A stretch of 64,000 bases of DNA, taken from a bacterium (GTDB taxonomy: Bacteria; Patescibacteriota; Andersenbacteria; UBA10190; CAIZMI01). Both the position numbers and the translations under genes were made by a program. The DNA is taken from contig JAUSJG010000008.1 in assembly GCA_030647555.1 (NCBI GenBank), forward strand, positions 1,467-65,466, written 5' to 3'. Of the stretch, positions 20,339 through 30,174 are shown piece after piece. The first letter of the stretch is position 1. Each line of letters begins with the position of its first letter. Under the pieces are notes generated by a model that had not been told where the DNA came from, made no database searches, and saw only the letters and a list, made by a program, of their open reading frames with translations.

Positions 20339-21886
20339 TTACGCGCTGTTGGAAGTAGCTGTGAAATTTTTGGCTACTTCTTTTGCTGTTACCAATACCT
20401 TTTCCTTATCTTCGTCCGGCCAATTACCATTTTTCTCCAGATTTTCTAACACTACCTTATGGGCACTTTGAACGGCTTCGAAAATCGCTATTTCCGCTTC
20501 TTTTACTTTTTCCACCGCAACGGTATCAAATACGCCTTTTGTGGCAGAGAGTAATACAACGGCTTGTCTGCTCAAACTTTCCGGGGCATATTGTCCCTGT
20601 TTGAGAATTTCCGTTAAGCGTTTTCCCCGTTCGATACGACTAACGGTGTCCGGGTCCAAATCGGTGGAGAGTTGGGCGAAGGCCGCTAATTCACGATATT
20701 GCGCTAATTCCAAACGGAGGCTTCCGGCAACGGATTTAATCGCTTTTGTTTGCGCGGAACCACCGACACGGGAGACCGATAAACCGACGTTAATGGCCGG
20801 GCGTACGCCTTGATAAAACAAATCGCTTTCCAAATAAATCTGACCGTCCGTAATGGAGATGACGTTGGTTGGAATATAGGCCGAAACGTCATTGGCTTGT
20901 GTTTCAATGATTGGCAACGCCGTTAATGAACCGCCACCGTGTTCGGCAGAAAGTTTGGCGGCGCGTTCCAATAAGCGAGAATGGAGATAAAACACATCAC
21001 CCGGGTAGGCTTCACGTCCTGGTGGGCGACGAAGAAGTAATGAAAGTTGACGATAGGCCCAGGCGTGCTTGGAAAGATCGTCATAAATGATCAAGGCATC
21101 TTTGCCGTTATCGCGGAAATATTCACCCATGGCGGCGCCGGCATATGGAGCGATGAATTGCAGAGCGGCGGGATCAGATGCGGACGTCATAATAATAATC
21201 GTGTTTCCCAAAGCACCTTCCTTGCGGAGACGATCGACAATGCGGGCAACGGTGCTTTGTTTTTGGCCGATGGAAACGTAAATGGAAATGACGCCACTCT
21301 TTTGACGACTTTGATTAATTATCGCATCGATGGCCAAGGCAGTTTTTCCGGTTTGGCGATCACCAATAATTAATTCGCGCTGGCCGCGACCAATCGGAAT
21401 CATGGCATCGACGGCTTTGACACCGGTCATTAATGGTTGTTTCACGGATTGTCGGGCGAGTACGCCCGGAGCGATTTTTTCTACCGGGCTGGTAATGGTT
21501 GTTTTGATTGGACCTAAACCGTCCAGGGGTTTTCCAAGCGGATCAATAACACGACCGACCAATTCTGGGCCCACCGGTACTTCTAAAATTTTTCCGGTCA
21601 AGCGTACTTTTGCGCCGGCTCTAATATAACGGTCTTCACCAAGGAGCACAGCGCCGATTTGGTCTTCTTCGAGATTTAAAGCGAAAGCGTAAATTGATTC
21701 CTTTTCGTTTTCCGTCTCGATTAAGATCATTTCGTTGTAACCGCAATTCATCAAACCATAAATCCAGACAATACCATCCGAAACTTTCGTGACAATACCT
21801 GTTTCCGAAATTTCCGGCTTCGTTTTTAAGTCATTAATAGCGGATTGAAGTTCTGCGGTTAAGTCGGCGAGTGATAGATTGGTCAT
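20339..21886 (-). CDS. atpA: ATP synthase alpha subunit
   Basis: [29 protein letters not shown] and SVSRVG motifs. Confidence 0.99.
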   Translation of the reverse strand: MTNLSLADLTAELQSAINDLKTKPEISETGIVTKVSDGIVWIYGLMNCGYNEMILIETENEKESIYAFALNLEEDQIGAVLLGEDRYIRAGAKVRLTGKILEVPVGPELVGRVIDPLGKPLDGLGPIKTTITSPVEKIAPGVLARQSVKQPLMTGVKAVDAMIPIGRGQRELIIGDRQTGKTALAIDAIINQSRQKSGVISIYVSIGQKQSTVARIVDRLRKEGALGNTIIIMTSASDPAALQFIAPYAGAAMGEYFRDNGKDALIIYDDLSKHAWAYRQLSLLLRRPPGREAYPGDVFYLHSRLLERAAKLSAEHGGGSLTALPIIETQANDVSAYIPTNVISITDGQIYLESDLFYQGVRPAINVGLSVSRVGGSAQTKAIKSVAGSLRLELAQYRELAAFAQLSTDLDPDTVSRIERGKRLTEILKQGQYAPESLSRQAVVLLSATKGVFDTVAVEKVKEAEIAIFEAVQSAHKVVLENLEKNGNWPDEDKEKVLVTAKEVAKNFTATSNSA

Positions 21887-21890
21887 TTGG

Positions 21891-22280
21891 TTATACTAAA
21901 GCTTTTAGTTGATGAAGTGGACGCGCAAGCGACGCGTCAATTTCGATTGTTGGGGTTTCGACTTTGAAACCACCCACTAGCTGTTTGTTGATTTTATGCT
22001 TTAAGTGAACAGACTTGGCTGACGTGAGGTTTTTTAACAGATACTCGATTTCTGCGTTTAGTTTTTCCGTGAGTGGAAAGACTGTTTCCAGTATGCCAGT
22101 TAGTTGGCCGTGTTTCTGAAGCATTTGACTACCGATTTCGCGTATAATTACTTCCACTTCGTTTGTGCGTTTTTCTTTAATGATGGCTTCCGCCAAGATT
22201 GGTAAAACTTCTTTAATTGGGTGTTTTTCCAACAATGCCAAGGTCGCGACGGCTAATTGTTTGCGGGAAAAACGTTTCAT
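21891..22280 (-). CDS. atpH: ATP synthase delta subunit (short form)
   Basis: Operon position; C-terminal LVGGFKV...IDASL. Confidence 0.85.
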   Translation of the reverse strand: MKRFSRKQLAVATLALLEKHPIKEVLPILAEAIIKEKRTNEVEVIIREIGSQMLQKHGQLTGILETVFPLTEKLNAEIEYLLKNLTSAKSVHLKHKINKQLVGGFKVETPTIEIDASLARPLHQLKALV

Positions 22281-22843
22281 TACGCGCGGTTTTCAGTGAT
22301 ATTCGTTTCGGCAATCGCTTCTTTGATGATGTTGTGATCAGCCGAAGAATCTAATTTGCGATTCAAAACCCTTTCGGTTGCTTGACTGATAAATAAGGCC
22401 GCTTCACTGAATAAAGATTTTCGCACCTGCTCGGCTTCGTGAACTATCTTGGCGTTGGTTGCCGTCAGGAGTTGATTATCCCGTTCGGCGGATTTTTGTT
22501 CGGCCGTCGCCAGAATTTCGACGGCCTGTTTTTTGCTTTGTTCTAAAATACCCCGGGCTTTTAGATGAGCATCTTTTAGAATCGTTTCTTTTTCTTTTTC
22601 CAACGATGTTTTAAGATGTTCGATATCCTTGGCGTTTTTTAGACTTTCTTCAATCTTTTTGTGGCGTTTTTCCAAAACATCCAAAATCGGTTTGTAGGCA
22701 AATTTCTTTAAAACCAAAAGAAGAATCGCGAAATTGATAATTTGAAAAACAAGACTGCGCAGGTCAATACCTATCGCGCCAATACCGCCGGAAGCAGCCA
22801 CTTCCGCGGCTTTTTCTGAGGCTTGGGCAATTAGTACAAACAA
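22280..22843 (-). CDS. atpF: ATP synthase subunit b
   Basis: QIINFAILLLVLKKFAYKPI followed by a coiled coil. Confidence 0.93.
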   Translation of the reverse strand: MFVLIAQASEKAAEVAASGGIGAIGIDLRSLVFQIINFAILLLVLKKFAYKPILDVLEKRHKKIEESLKNAKDIEHLKTSLEKEKETILKDAHLKARGILEQSKKQAVEILATAEQKSAERDNQLLTATNAKIVHEAEQVRKSLFSEAALFISQATERVLNRKLDSSADHNIIKEAIAETNITENRA

Positions 22844-22868
22844 GGAATCGTCTATTAGTGGTTAGCGA

Positions 22869-23096
22869 TCAAACGAACTTTAAGATGAGCGCGATGACCA
22901 AGGAATAGATGGCGATAGCTTCGGCGAAAGCGACGACTAAGATCAAAACTGTTTGTAATTTACCGGCGGCTTCCGGATTACGACCAATGGCGTCCATGGC
23001 GTGCGAGCCCATCAAACCAATCGCGAGGGCAGGCATCGCGCCACCCAAGAGAATAGTGAGACCCGGCATTACTACTTTCATTGTTTCTGCGTCCAT
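22869..23096 (-). CDS. atpE: ATP synthase subunit c (probably H+-coupled)
   Basis: GRNPEA loop and FAEAIAIY; lacks the Q...E-S/T Na+ signature. Confidence 0.96.
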   Translation of the reverse strand: MDAETMKVVMPGLTILLGGAMPALAIGLMGSHAMDAIGRNPEAAGKLQTVLILVVAFAEAIAIYSLVIALILKFV

Positions 23097-23135
23097 TTTT
23101 TTGTACTTAATAATAAATAATTGACTCGCGTTTGT

Positions 23136-23897
23136 TCAGTGGCCAACTGACGCTTCGGCATGATTATATTCCGAATGATCGGTTGTGGCAATCGCCAGAA
23201 AAACCAAAGTGAGCATTGTGAAAACAAGTCCCTGAACCAATCCGACGAAGAGTTCTAAGCCAAAAAATGGCAACGGCGCGATCAGGGGTGACAAGAAAGC
23301 GATTACCGCCAATAAAACTTCGCCGGCGAAGATGTTGCCGAATAACCGGAAGGAGAACGAAAACATTTTAGAGAATTCACCGACTAATTCCAATATTCCC
23401 ACAAATGTCATAATCGGGTTCAAACTGAAGTATTTTTTTAGATGTTTTGCGACACCGAGTTCGCGGGCGGCATAAATTTGCGTCATTACGACCGAAATGA
23501 TTGCCAGGGCGAGAGTCGTATTTAGGTCGGCGTTGGCGCCACGAAACAGGGGGGCAAGACCTTCTTTAGTCATAACCGTGATTGAGCCTACTCCAGGTAA
23601 TAGGCCAAGCCAGTTGTTAATGACAATAAAAATAAAAATTGTCATCAAAAAAGGGAAATACTTTAGCGCTTTTTTGCGATCATGAAAAACTTCATCGACA
23701 AGGTCCAAAATCATCTCGCAAATCGCTTCAATCATGTTGGCAAACTTGCTTTTCGGATGAAGAGTGACTTTTTTGGCCGCCGAAATAAAAAGGCCAATAA
23801 TTACCGCGCTTCCAACGACACCCGTAATCAGGGAGTTATTAATAGGTAAGCCAAAAATGTGATAAAGCGGTTCGGCGGCGAGAGAAATATTAATCAT
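23136..23897 (-). CDS. atpB: ATP synthase subunit a
   Basis: NNWLGLLPG, ADLNTTLALA and SFRLFGNIFAGE motifs. Confidence 0.97.
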   Translation of the reverse strand: MINISLAAEPLYHIFGLPINNSLITGVVGSAVIIGLFISAAKKVTLHPKSKFANMIEAICEMILDLVDEVFHDRKKALKYFPFLMTIFIFIVINNWLGLLPGVGSITVMTKEGLAPLFRGANADLNTTLALAIISVVMTQIYAARELGVAKHLKKYFSLNPIMTFVGILELVGEFSKMFSFSFRLFGNIFAGEVLLAVIAFLSPLIAPLPFFGLELFVGLVQGLVFTMLTLVFLAIATTDHSEYNHAEASVGH

Positions 23898-24169
23898 ATT
23901 CCGTTGATTTTGTTTAATTGCTTAATTTTACGGCCAATCGTGATTGTCGAAACGGTAATCGCTAATAAAATTCCCACGATCATAAACAGTGGGGTAGTGG
24001 CTAGTTTTTTATCGACCCAAATGCCGGCGACAATAGTGACAAGGAGTGGAACGGCAATAATAAAACCCAATTCGCCGACCATCCCGGCCAGTGTGGCAAA
24101 ATTAAACAAGGCTTTAGTATTTTTTTCCGATTTTTCGGTATTTCCAGGGTTCAAATCAGGCTGATTCAT
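23894..24169 (-). CDS. AtpZ/AtpI-family accessory protein
   Basis: Two TM helices with GIWVDKKL.T.P; first gene of the atp operon. Confidence 0.8.
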   Translation of the reverse strand: MNQPDLNPGNTEKSEKNTKALFNFATLAGMVGELGFIIAVPLLVTIVAGIWVDKKLATTPLFMIVGILLAITVSTITIGRKIKQLNKINGI

Positions 24170-24228
24170 GGGTATTTAGGCGCCTTCAGTTTACCTGTCA
24201 GTCTCAAAATAGTCAACGAATTTTTTTT

Positions 24229-24284
24229 ACCTGGACCACATTCCAAGTGGACCAACCTTGGTCCACTTGGAATGTGGTCCAGGT
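24229..24284. repeat. Perfect palindrome with 27-bp arms
   Basis: ACCTGGACCACATTCCAAGTGGACCAA-cc-TTGGTCCACTTGGAATGTGGTCCAGGT. Confidence 0.9.
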
Positions 24285-24364
24285 TTGGCAGTCTTGGTAC
24301 AAAAAACACCCTCGGACCGGTTTGGTCGGAGGGTGGGGATTAGCTTGGCTTCCCCCTCGTAGTC

Positions 24365-24787
24365 TCATGTAGATTGAATTTCGATAGTCACGACTTCGAA
24401 TTGGTCTTCATCAACCTCGAACGATACAATCAAGTCCGTTGGTGTATGGGAGGGTTCAATTGGCTTCGTCAAATTCAGCTCAACGCCGTCGCGATTCCTA
24501 AACATGCGAAAGTCATGAATTTGACCGTCATAACCGATTTCCACGAGTGGCAACTTTCCTGCGGGTGCTGACAAGAGTGTGACGCTGTTTATGTGGCCAT
24601 TTATTGGGTGGTAAAGTCGAGTGTCTTGGCCTGCCGTGCAGGAGAAACTTGTTCCATCGTTCAGGATCAGTGCAAATTTGCCGCCCCACTTATCCTGTAT
24701 TTTCTCTGCGTTCCATGAACCCCAGACGAAGCAGGTGAGAACCGTGAATACACAGATAACCAAACCGATAGAAACGTAAGTCCACAT
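24365..24787 (-). CDS. Hypothetical membrane-anchored protein (ORFan-like)
   Basis: AAGGGG SD before ATG 24787, N-terminal TM helix, and a terminator-like hairpin at 24301-24334. Confidence 0.6.
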   Translation of the reverse strand: MWTYVSIGLVICVFTVLTCFVWGSWNAEKIQDKWGGKFALILNDGTSFSCTAGQDTRLYHPINGHINSVTLLSAPAGKLPLVEIGYDGQIHDFRMFRNRDGVELNLTKPIEPSHTPTDLIVSFEVDEDQFEVVTIEIQST

Positions 24788-24931
24788 AATTAGCCCCTTA
24801 TTCATTTGTTGAGCACAGAACAACCAACAACGACCGACACCACAACATAATATAGTTACCCAAAAATTGCAACCGATCAGGGTCGGACCCTGATAAGCTT
24901 CATCATTCATCAATCATTATTCATCATTCGC

Positions 24932-24966
24932 AAAAAGAAACAGCCCCTCGGGGCTGTTTTCTTTTT
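24932..24966. terminator. Intrinsic terminator (bidirectional form)
   Basis: AAAAAGAAACAGCCC-ctcg-GGGCTGTTTTCTTTTT. Confidence 0.75.
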
Positions 24967-24976
24967 GCTTAATGAA

Positions 24977-25267
24977 TTAAGCGCGGTCTTTCTTAAAGCA
25001 GTTTAAGCAATAGACCGGGCGACCTTCCGTAGGACGGAAAGGCACCTGTGTGGCTTGGCCACAAGCGGCGCAAGTAGCGTCAAACATTTGACGATCGCCT
25101 CTTGGTGCTCCAGCTCCACCACGTTCTGGTCTGTTTCCACGTTCCTTTTTAAAGCACTCGTTGCAATAAACCGGTCTGTCGCCAGACGGTTGGAAGGGAA
25201 CTTGGGTTTGTTGTCCACAGCCTGAGCACGTTGCATCAAACATAGGACGATTTGGATCTTGGTTCAA
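24977..25267 (-). CDS. Tandem CxxC-x17-CxxC zinc-ribbon protein
   Basis: Two MFDATC..CG...QVPF.P...RPVYC..CF repeats; TTG start preceded by an AGGTG SD. Confidence 0.92.
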   Translation of the reverse strand: MNQDPNRPMFDATCSGCGQQTQVPFQPSGDRPVYCNECFKKERGNRPERGGAGAPRGDRQMFDATCAACGQATQVPFRPTEGRPVYCLNCFKKDRA

Positions 25268-25515
25268 AGAGAATTCACCTACTTTCGTTTCGTAAATATA
25301 ATCGAGGTTTTTCCTTCGCTCTAACGCTATGGACGCTCTCGACCTTATCTACGCTTTTCGAACTCTCTTTTAACCGAGATCGCTAGTACGTTTCTTTGGT
25401 CTGCTACGTCTGCTATTTGAGGAGTATTTACCCCGTGACGAAAATATAGCATAGGGGGTGGAAAAAAGCAAATTGACAATGAAAACCCTGAGACCAAGCA
25501 ATACCTATCATCCTT

Positions 25516-25660
25516 AAAATTATCAATTTTCAATGACCAATTATCAATTAATTATCAATTAATTATCAATGCTTAAATTATCAAACTTCGGCCGTTGCAT
25601 TTGAAAATTATAAAAATTGATCATTAATTGATAATTGAAAATTGACCATTGAAAATTTTA
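25516..25660. repeat. Heptamer-armed palindrome, family B, copy 2
   Basis: (AATTATC)n arms around the centre CTTCGGCCG. Confidence 0.88.
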
Positions 25661-25779
25661 CATGGTTATTTTTTGGGAGAATTTGAATATTCATATTTGT
25701 TCTATCTTCATGTAATTTGTCTTATACTTACCTTGTCCTTTTCCACAACCGAATAGGAACCGTTTGAAAGGAGCTGACG

Positions 25780-26397
25780 TTGATTTGCGACGTATTGCAT
25801 CGTCGTGATCTTTACGCACTTTCGAAACCCCCAACCAGAGAAAGGAGATCAAGAACAAATGTTCATCACATTTACGCCATATCGAGGTTTCCCCACTTAC
25901 GTCACGCGCAGTGGAATCGTGTTCGTTGTGATCCGGTAGCGCACGAGTTGTTGCATATGGTGTTTGGCAACAGAACGCCGGAGGAAAGTACGGCCCTTGT
26001 TCGTCGATATTTCAGGCTGGTTGAGGGCCGGATGGGCGAGCAGGCTATTCAACATTTGGCGCGAAAATATTGGCCATGCCTTCAACAGCACTCAAGTGAT
26101 CCGACAAGTTTGTGGATCGGCAAAAGTCAATGGCGTGACTTGCTTCGCGGGAATACTGAAAAGGAGTATTTGATCGCTGTTTTTGGAAAGAGTTTGCCAT
26201 GGAAGATTGTTCGCTGGATTGTCCGTTTGGATGAACTGGTTGGACGACGAAGCGAATCCGAGATGATTAAGCATCTCGCGCGAACTTTTTGGAACGGCAT
26301 GCAGTTGGATTGCGCGCGAAAGCCGGCAAAGAAACGTATTAAACCGCGAAAGTATCATCGGTTTCACCGGCCGTGTCGGGTGTTCGCCAGAGCTTAA
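25780..26397 (+). CDS. Hypothetical protein with an HNH-like motif and an internal repeat
   Basis: AAGGAG SD; VHHI...WN...AHELLH; terminator-like hairpin at 26396-26422. Confidence 0.6.
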   Translation: MICDVLHRRDLYALSKPPTRERRSRTNVHHIYAISRFPHLRHAQWNRVRCDPVAHELLHMVFGNRTPEESTALVRRYFRLVEGRMGEQAIQHLARKYWPCLQQHSSDPTSLWIGKSQWRDLLRGNTEKEYLIAVFGKSLPWKIVRWIVRLDELVGRRSESEMIKHLARTFWNGMQLDCARKPAKKRIKPRKYHRFHRPCRVFARA

Positions 26398-26547
26398 CCT
26401 TCCCTTGAGGAAGGTTTTTTTTACCATCATTAATATCATTCGCGCTTGCGCGAATATAACTAATGTCGGTAACCCCTCATAGCTCCGCGCGTTTCGCGGA
26501 GCGACGTGGCCGCCCATCTGGGCGAGCTTCGCCCTGAAGGGCGGGGA

Positions 26548-27081
26548 TTATTCAATACAACAGTCGATCGCTTTTTTGACCAGTGCACCCAACTTTCCCA
26601 TAAAACCGGATTTTTCTTGGTCGTGTTTGTTGACGGCTTGGTCATCGATTTTTTTCACGTCGCCAATATTTATCACATTTAAATTGATGCCCCAGAACAG
26701 GGAATATAAATTATAAGACTTGCGGAATAAGTCATAAGCATCTTCTTTTTTGCCCATCGATTGTTGTTTGGTGCCCACCTCAAAAAGGCGCATTGAGGCA
26801 GCGAGCAAGTGTTTACTGATGCACCAAACCTCGCCTTCCGGATTTTTGACAATTTTCTTTAATAATTCTTTGCGCATTTCGCGCACTTCGCTGATCATAT
26901 CGAAATATTCTGTTTTTTCGGTTTTATTGCCCGAAAAAAGCAGATGCTCTTCGATGCTGACGAGATTCATAATCGCGATACTCAAATCTTGATCGGACGA
27001 AAGGTCCATTTTTTCCTGCTTTTTCATATTGTCGACTTTTTCGATAAACGCGTTTATTTTTTCTTGGTTATTTTGGTCCAT
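26548..27081 (-). CDS. Conserved hypothetical helical protein
   Basis: DLSIAIMNLVSIEEH, WCISKHLL and C-terminal DCCIE; typical codon use. Confidence 0.8.
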   Translation of the reverse strand: MDQNNQEKINAFIEKVDNMKKQEKMDLSSDQDLSIAIMNLVSIEEHLLFSGNKTEKTEYFDMISEVREMRKELLKKIVKNPEGEVWCISKHLLAASMRLFEVGTKQQSMGKKEDAYDLFRKSYNLYSLFWGINLNVINIGDVKKIDDQAVNKHDQEKSGFMGKLGALVKKAIDCCIE

Positions 27082-27090
27082 AGTCGCGAA

Positions 27091-27597
27091 TTATTTAGTG
27101 ATAATATAAAAAACAAAACTGATAATTAGTAGTGTCGCAATCGGTGTGACTACTTTTTGAAAAGGGAAATAGGCATGTCCGTTGTTTTTGTTCTTTAGAT
27201 ATCCGTAATAAGCATTACCGAGCGTGAAGAAAATTGTGCCGATTGTCATACCGAGCAATATTTTATCAAATCCCCAAAGTTTATTGATGGGGTGTCCGAT
27301 AAAATTGCTCCAGCGAAGTGATATTAAGATTAAAATATAATACGCTAAAAAGGTGAGGATGTTTCTCGCTGGGAACTTAATATTTTTCCTTTGAAACCAA
27401 TTGATGTTCCAGATGATGATGGATAATGTTAATCCGCCGATCCAAATGCCGGTAATAGAGTCGTCGATGCCCAGCCAGCGCGAAAAACCTACGCCGGCAC
27501 CAACAGCAACGACGCACACGGGACAGACGGCGTAGACGGAAAAGGGAACGAGTGCTAAAACAAGAGACGCGGGGAGAAGTTTTGTAAAATTTTTCAC
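27091..27597 (-). CDS. Membrane protein with CPVC motif
   Basis: AVCPVCVVAV, several TM helices and FPFQKV. Confidence 0.8.
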   Translation of the reverse strand: MKNFTKLLPASLVLALVPFSVYAVCPVCVVAVGAGVGFSRWLGIDDSITGIWIGGLTLSIIIWNINWFQRKNIKFPARNILTFLAYYILILISLRWSNFIGHPINKLWGFDKILLGMTIGTIFFTLGNAYYGYLKNKNNGHAYFPFQKVVTPIATLLIISFVFYIITK

Positions 27598-27599
27598 GG

Positions 27600-27983
27600 C
27601 TATTTTATTCCTGCTTTATCTTTAAAAAAGTTGATTGTTTGGTCTTGGCCCTGAATACAGGCTTTTCCGTCCCAAAGGAACGGGACGCCGATCGCGTCGG
27701 TCGCTAATCCGCAGGTTTTGGCGACTTCTGCCAATTCCTTGGCATTGGCCTGATTGTTATAAACTTCTTTTTCTTCAAAGGTCACTTTTTCCTTTATTTT
27801 ATTATCTTCGATAAACTGCGCGACAATTTTGCAATGCGGACATGTGTCGCCAAAATAGAGAACTATTCCAGTGGGAATGCTCGGTTCCGGTGTGGTCGTG
27901 TTTGGTTGGTTGGTTTTCCACCACATTGATCCGCCAATAATTACTAAGGCTACGACGATAATCCAGAGGGTTGGGTTTTTCAT
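27600..27983 (-). CDS. Membrane-anchored glutaredoxin/thioredoxin-fold protein
   Basis: CPHC motif, cis-Pro GVPFL and an N-terminal TM helix. Confidence 0.85.
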   Translation of the reverse strand: MKNPTLWIIVVALVIIGGSMWWKTNQPNTTTPEPSIPTGIVLYFGDTCPHCKIVAQFIEDNKIKEKVTFEEKEVYNNQANAKELAEVAKTCGLATDAIGVPFLWDGKACIQGQDQTINFFKDKAGIK

Positions 27984-28001
27984 AATATAATATATTTAGA
28001 A

Positions 28002-29246
28002 TTATTCATAACGCAAGGCTTCGATTGGGTCTTTTCGCGCCGCTTTACGTGCGGGGTAGATTCCAAAAACCAGTCCCACGACCCCAGCCATTCCTACACC
28101 CAGTATGATAGCAGATAATGGTAATTGGAAGGGCCAAGCGAGACCGAACCGCGCTTTTAACACAACCGAAGTAATAAACGCTAAGCTTATGCCGAGTATT
28201 GTACCAGATGCGCCACCGCTGACCGTAAGAATTACCGCTTCCAGTAAAAACTGTCTTAAGATGTCGCTGTTTGTAGCACCCAAGGCCTTGCGTAAGCCAA
28301 TTTCCCGGGTGCGTTCCGTGACCGAGACAAGCATAATATTCATAATGCCGATACCGCCTACAACCAATGAAATAGAAGCAATCATTGCGAGAAAAACCGT
28401 TAACGCCTGTGTAATTGTGCTCAAACGGTTCACAACGTCCTTTTGAGTCATAGCGTAAAAATCATCTTTTTCAGGATCAATAATGTTATGCATATCGCGC
28501 AAAGTTGTCTTGATGTCGCTGGCTGCCAGATCAACGTTTGCGCCGTCTTTGATGCTCACGAATACTGTATGAAAAAAATTAATGCCCAAAATATCTTTTT
28601 GCGCTGTTGAATAAGGTAACAGAACAAGTTCATCTACGTTAAAAACGGAAACTTGACCCAAGTTGGGCAATACACCAATTACACGTATATTTTGGTCGCG
28701 GATTTTAATAAATTTCCCCACTGCATCAGATTGACCAAAAAGTTTTTCACGGACAGTGGCACCAATTACCGCCACTTTGTTGCGCTGTAAAATATCATCG
28801 TCGGAAAAAATGGTACCTTCAGATGGAGAAATTTGAAACATTTCCGTTAATGCGCTTGATGTCCAGCCGAGAATTGTCGGACGGTAAGAGTTTTCCTGAT
28901 AAGTAACAGCACCGGTGACCAAGACGGATGGGTCAACAGAGGCGACATCAGGTACATTTATAGGATTACGCAGGGCGTCGATTTCTCGTTGTTTTATTGA
29001 ATTGGAGAGGACAGTCTCGGTGGCTTGGTTGGGGTTGGTCGGCTGGCGACCAGGATGCAACATAATGATGTTTCCGCCAAAACCTTTTACCTGGTCGAGA
29101 ATCAGGCCTTGGGCACCTTGACCAAGAGCGACGACTAAAACAATCGCCATTACGCCGATGATAATGCCGAGAATCGTAAGAAGAGAACGGGCAAGGTTCG
29201 TTCTTAAACTGTGAAATGCTGTTTTGGTGATGGTGATTATGTCCAT
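28002..29246 (-). CDS. MacB/FtsX-family ABC permease
   Basis: RSLLTILGIIIG, GGIGIMNIMLVSVTERTREIGLRKALGA and DPIEALRYE motifs. Confidence 0.95.
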   Translation of the reverse strand: MDIITITKTAFHSLRTNLARSLLTILGIIIGVMAIVLVVALGQGAQGLILDQVKGFGGNIIMLHPGRQPTNPNQATETVLSNSIKQREIDALRNPINVPDVASVDPSVLVTGAVTYQENSYRPTILGWTSSALTEMFQISPSEGTIFSDDDILQRNKVAVIGATVREKLFGQSDAVGKFIKIRDQNIRVIGVLPNLGQVSVFNVDELVLLPYSTAQKDILGINFFHTVFVSIKDGANVDLAASDIKTTLRDMHNIIDPEKDDFYAMTQKDVVNRLSTITQALTVFLAMIASISLVVGGIGIMNIMLVSVTERTREIGLRKALGATNSDILRQFLLEAVILTVSGGASGTILGISLAFITSVVLKARFGLAWPFQLPLSAIILGVGMAGVVGLVFGIYPARKAARKDPIEALRYE

Positions 29247-29300
29247 TGTTGAAGCAAGAAGTTGATTTAAATAGTGAAACTACGCGCACAACACAGCTTT

Positions 29301-29453
29301 TTTGTATATCGTATTTGGTATATGGTATATGGATTTAGTATGTTGGGATGTGTCGTCAAGTTTTTCGATGAAATTAACTTTAAAATGTAATACTTAATTT
29401 TGACGGATATTTTTCTGAACCCCATATACTATATACTAAATACCACATACAAA
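29301..29453. repeat. Heptamer-armed cassette, family A, copy 3
   Basis: Same arms; lies inside the MacAB operon, 4 nt from the ATPase stop codon. Confidence 0.9.
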
Positions 29454-29457
29454 AATA

Positions 29458-30174
29458 TTACTTTTCGTAACCGTTATGGCCGTGCATAAGACTACTTTGT
29501 TCATCAGATACAATCGTGCCATCTTGCACGCGGATCATTCTTTGGGCATAGCGTGCGGCCGGTGTTTCATGAGTGATAACCAGAATGGTGTGCCCTTGAT
29601 GGTGTAAATTGTCCAATGTTTCCATAACGCTTTTTCCGGATTGTGAGTCGAGGTTGCCGGTGGGTTCGTCCGCCATTAAAACTTTTGGATTATTAACTAA
29701 GGCACGCGCGATGGCCACCCGCTGTTTCTCGCCACCCGATAGTTGAGACGGTCGGTGCTTGAGGCGATGGAGCATATTTACTTTTTCCAACATTGCCAAA
29801 GCTCTTTTTTCGTGTTGATTTTTTGGGATTGACGAATACTGGAGAGGCAATAATACATTTTCCATTACCGTAGAGCGGGCCAGAAGATGAAAAGCCTGAA
29901 AAATAAAACCGATTTGTTCATTGCGAAAGTGCGCGGCGTAAGGTTCATCGAACTTTGTGGTGTCGTGACCGTCAAAAAAATATTTTCCTTCGGATGGTTT
30001 GTCGAGCAGACCCAGAATATGGAGAAGTGTTGATTTTCCCGAACCGGAAGGGCCCATTATAGATACAAATTCGCCTTGGTTGATTGAAAAACTCACACCA
30101 CGTAATGCGAGGGTTGCCACGCCGTCGTCTTGGTATGATTTTTTGACGTCACGAAGCTCGATGAGCGGAGCCAT
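29458..30174 (-). CDS. MacB/LolD-type ABC ATPase
   Basis: [23 protein letters not shown] and ADEPTGNLD motifs. Confidence 0.96.
   Translation of the reverse strand: MAPLIELRDVKKSYQDDGVATLALRGVSFSINQGEFVSIMGPSGSGKSTLLHILGLLDKPSEGKYFFDGHDTTKFDEPYAAHFRNEQIGFIFQAFHLLARSTVMENVLLPLQYSSIPKNQHEKRALAMLEKVNMLHRLKHRPSQLSGGEKQRVAIARALVNNPKVLMADEPTGNLDSQSGKSVMETLDNLHHQGHTILVITHETPAARYAQRMIRVQDGTIVSDEQSSLMHGHNGYEK

Noticed and set aside
22869-23096. Na+-translocating ATP synthase
   Set aside because: Subunit c lacks the Gln and Ser/Thr ligands.
20307-24928. AATGATG and CATCATT arrays as paired ends of a 4.6-kb element
   Set aside because: They would split the essential atp operon; two independent solo arrays is the simpler reading.
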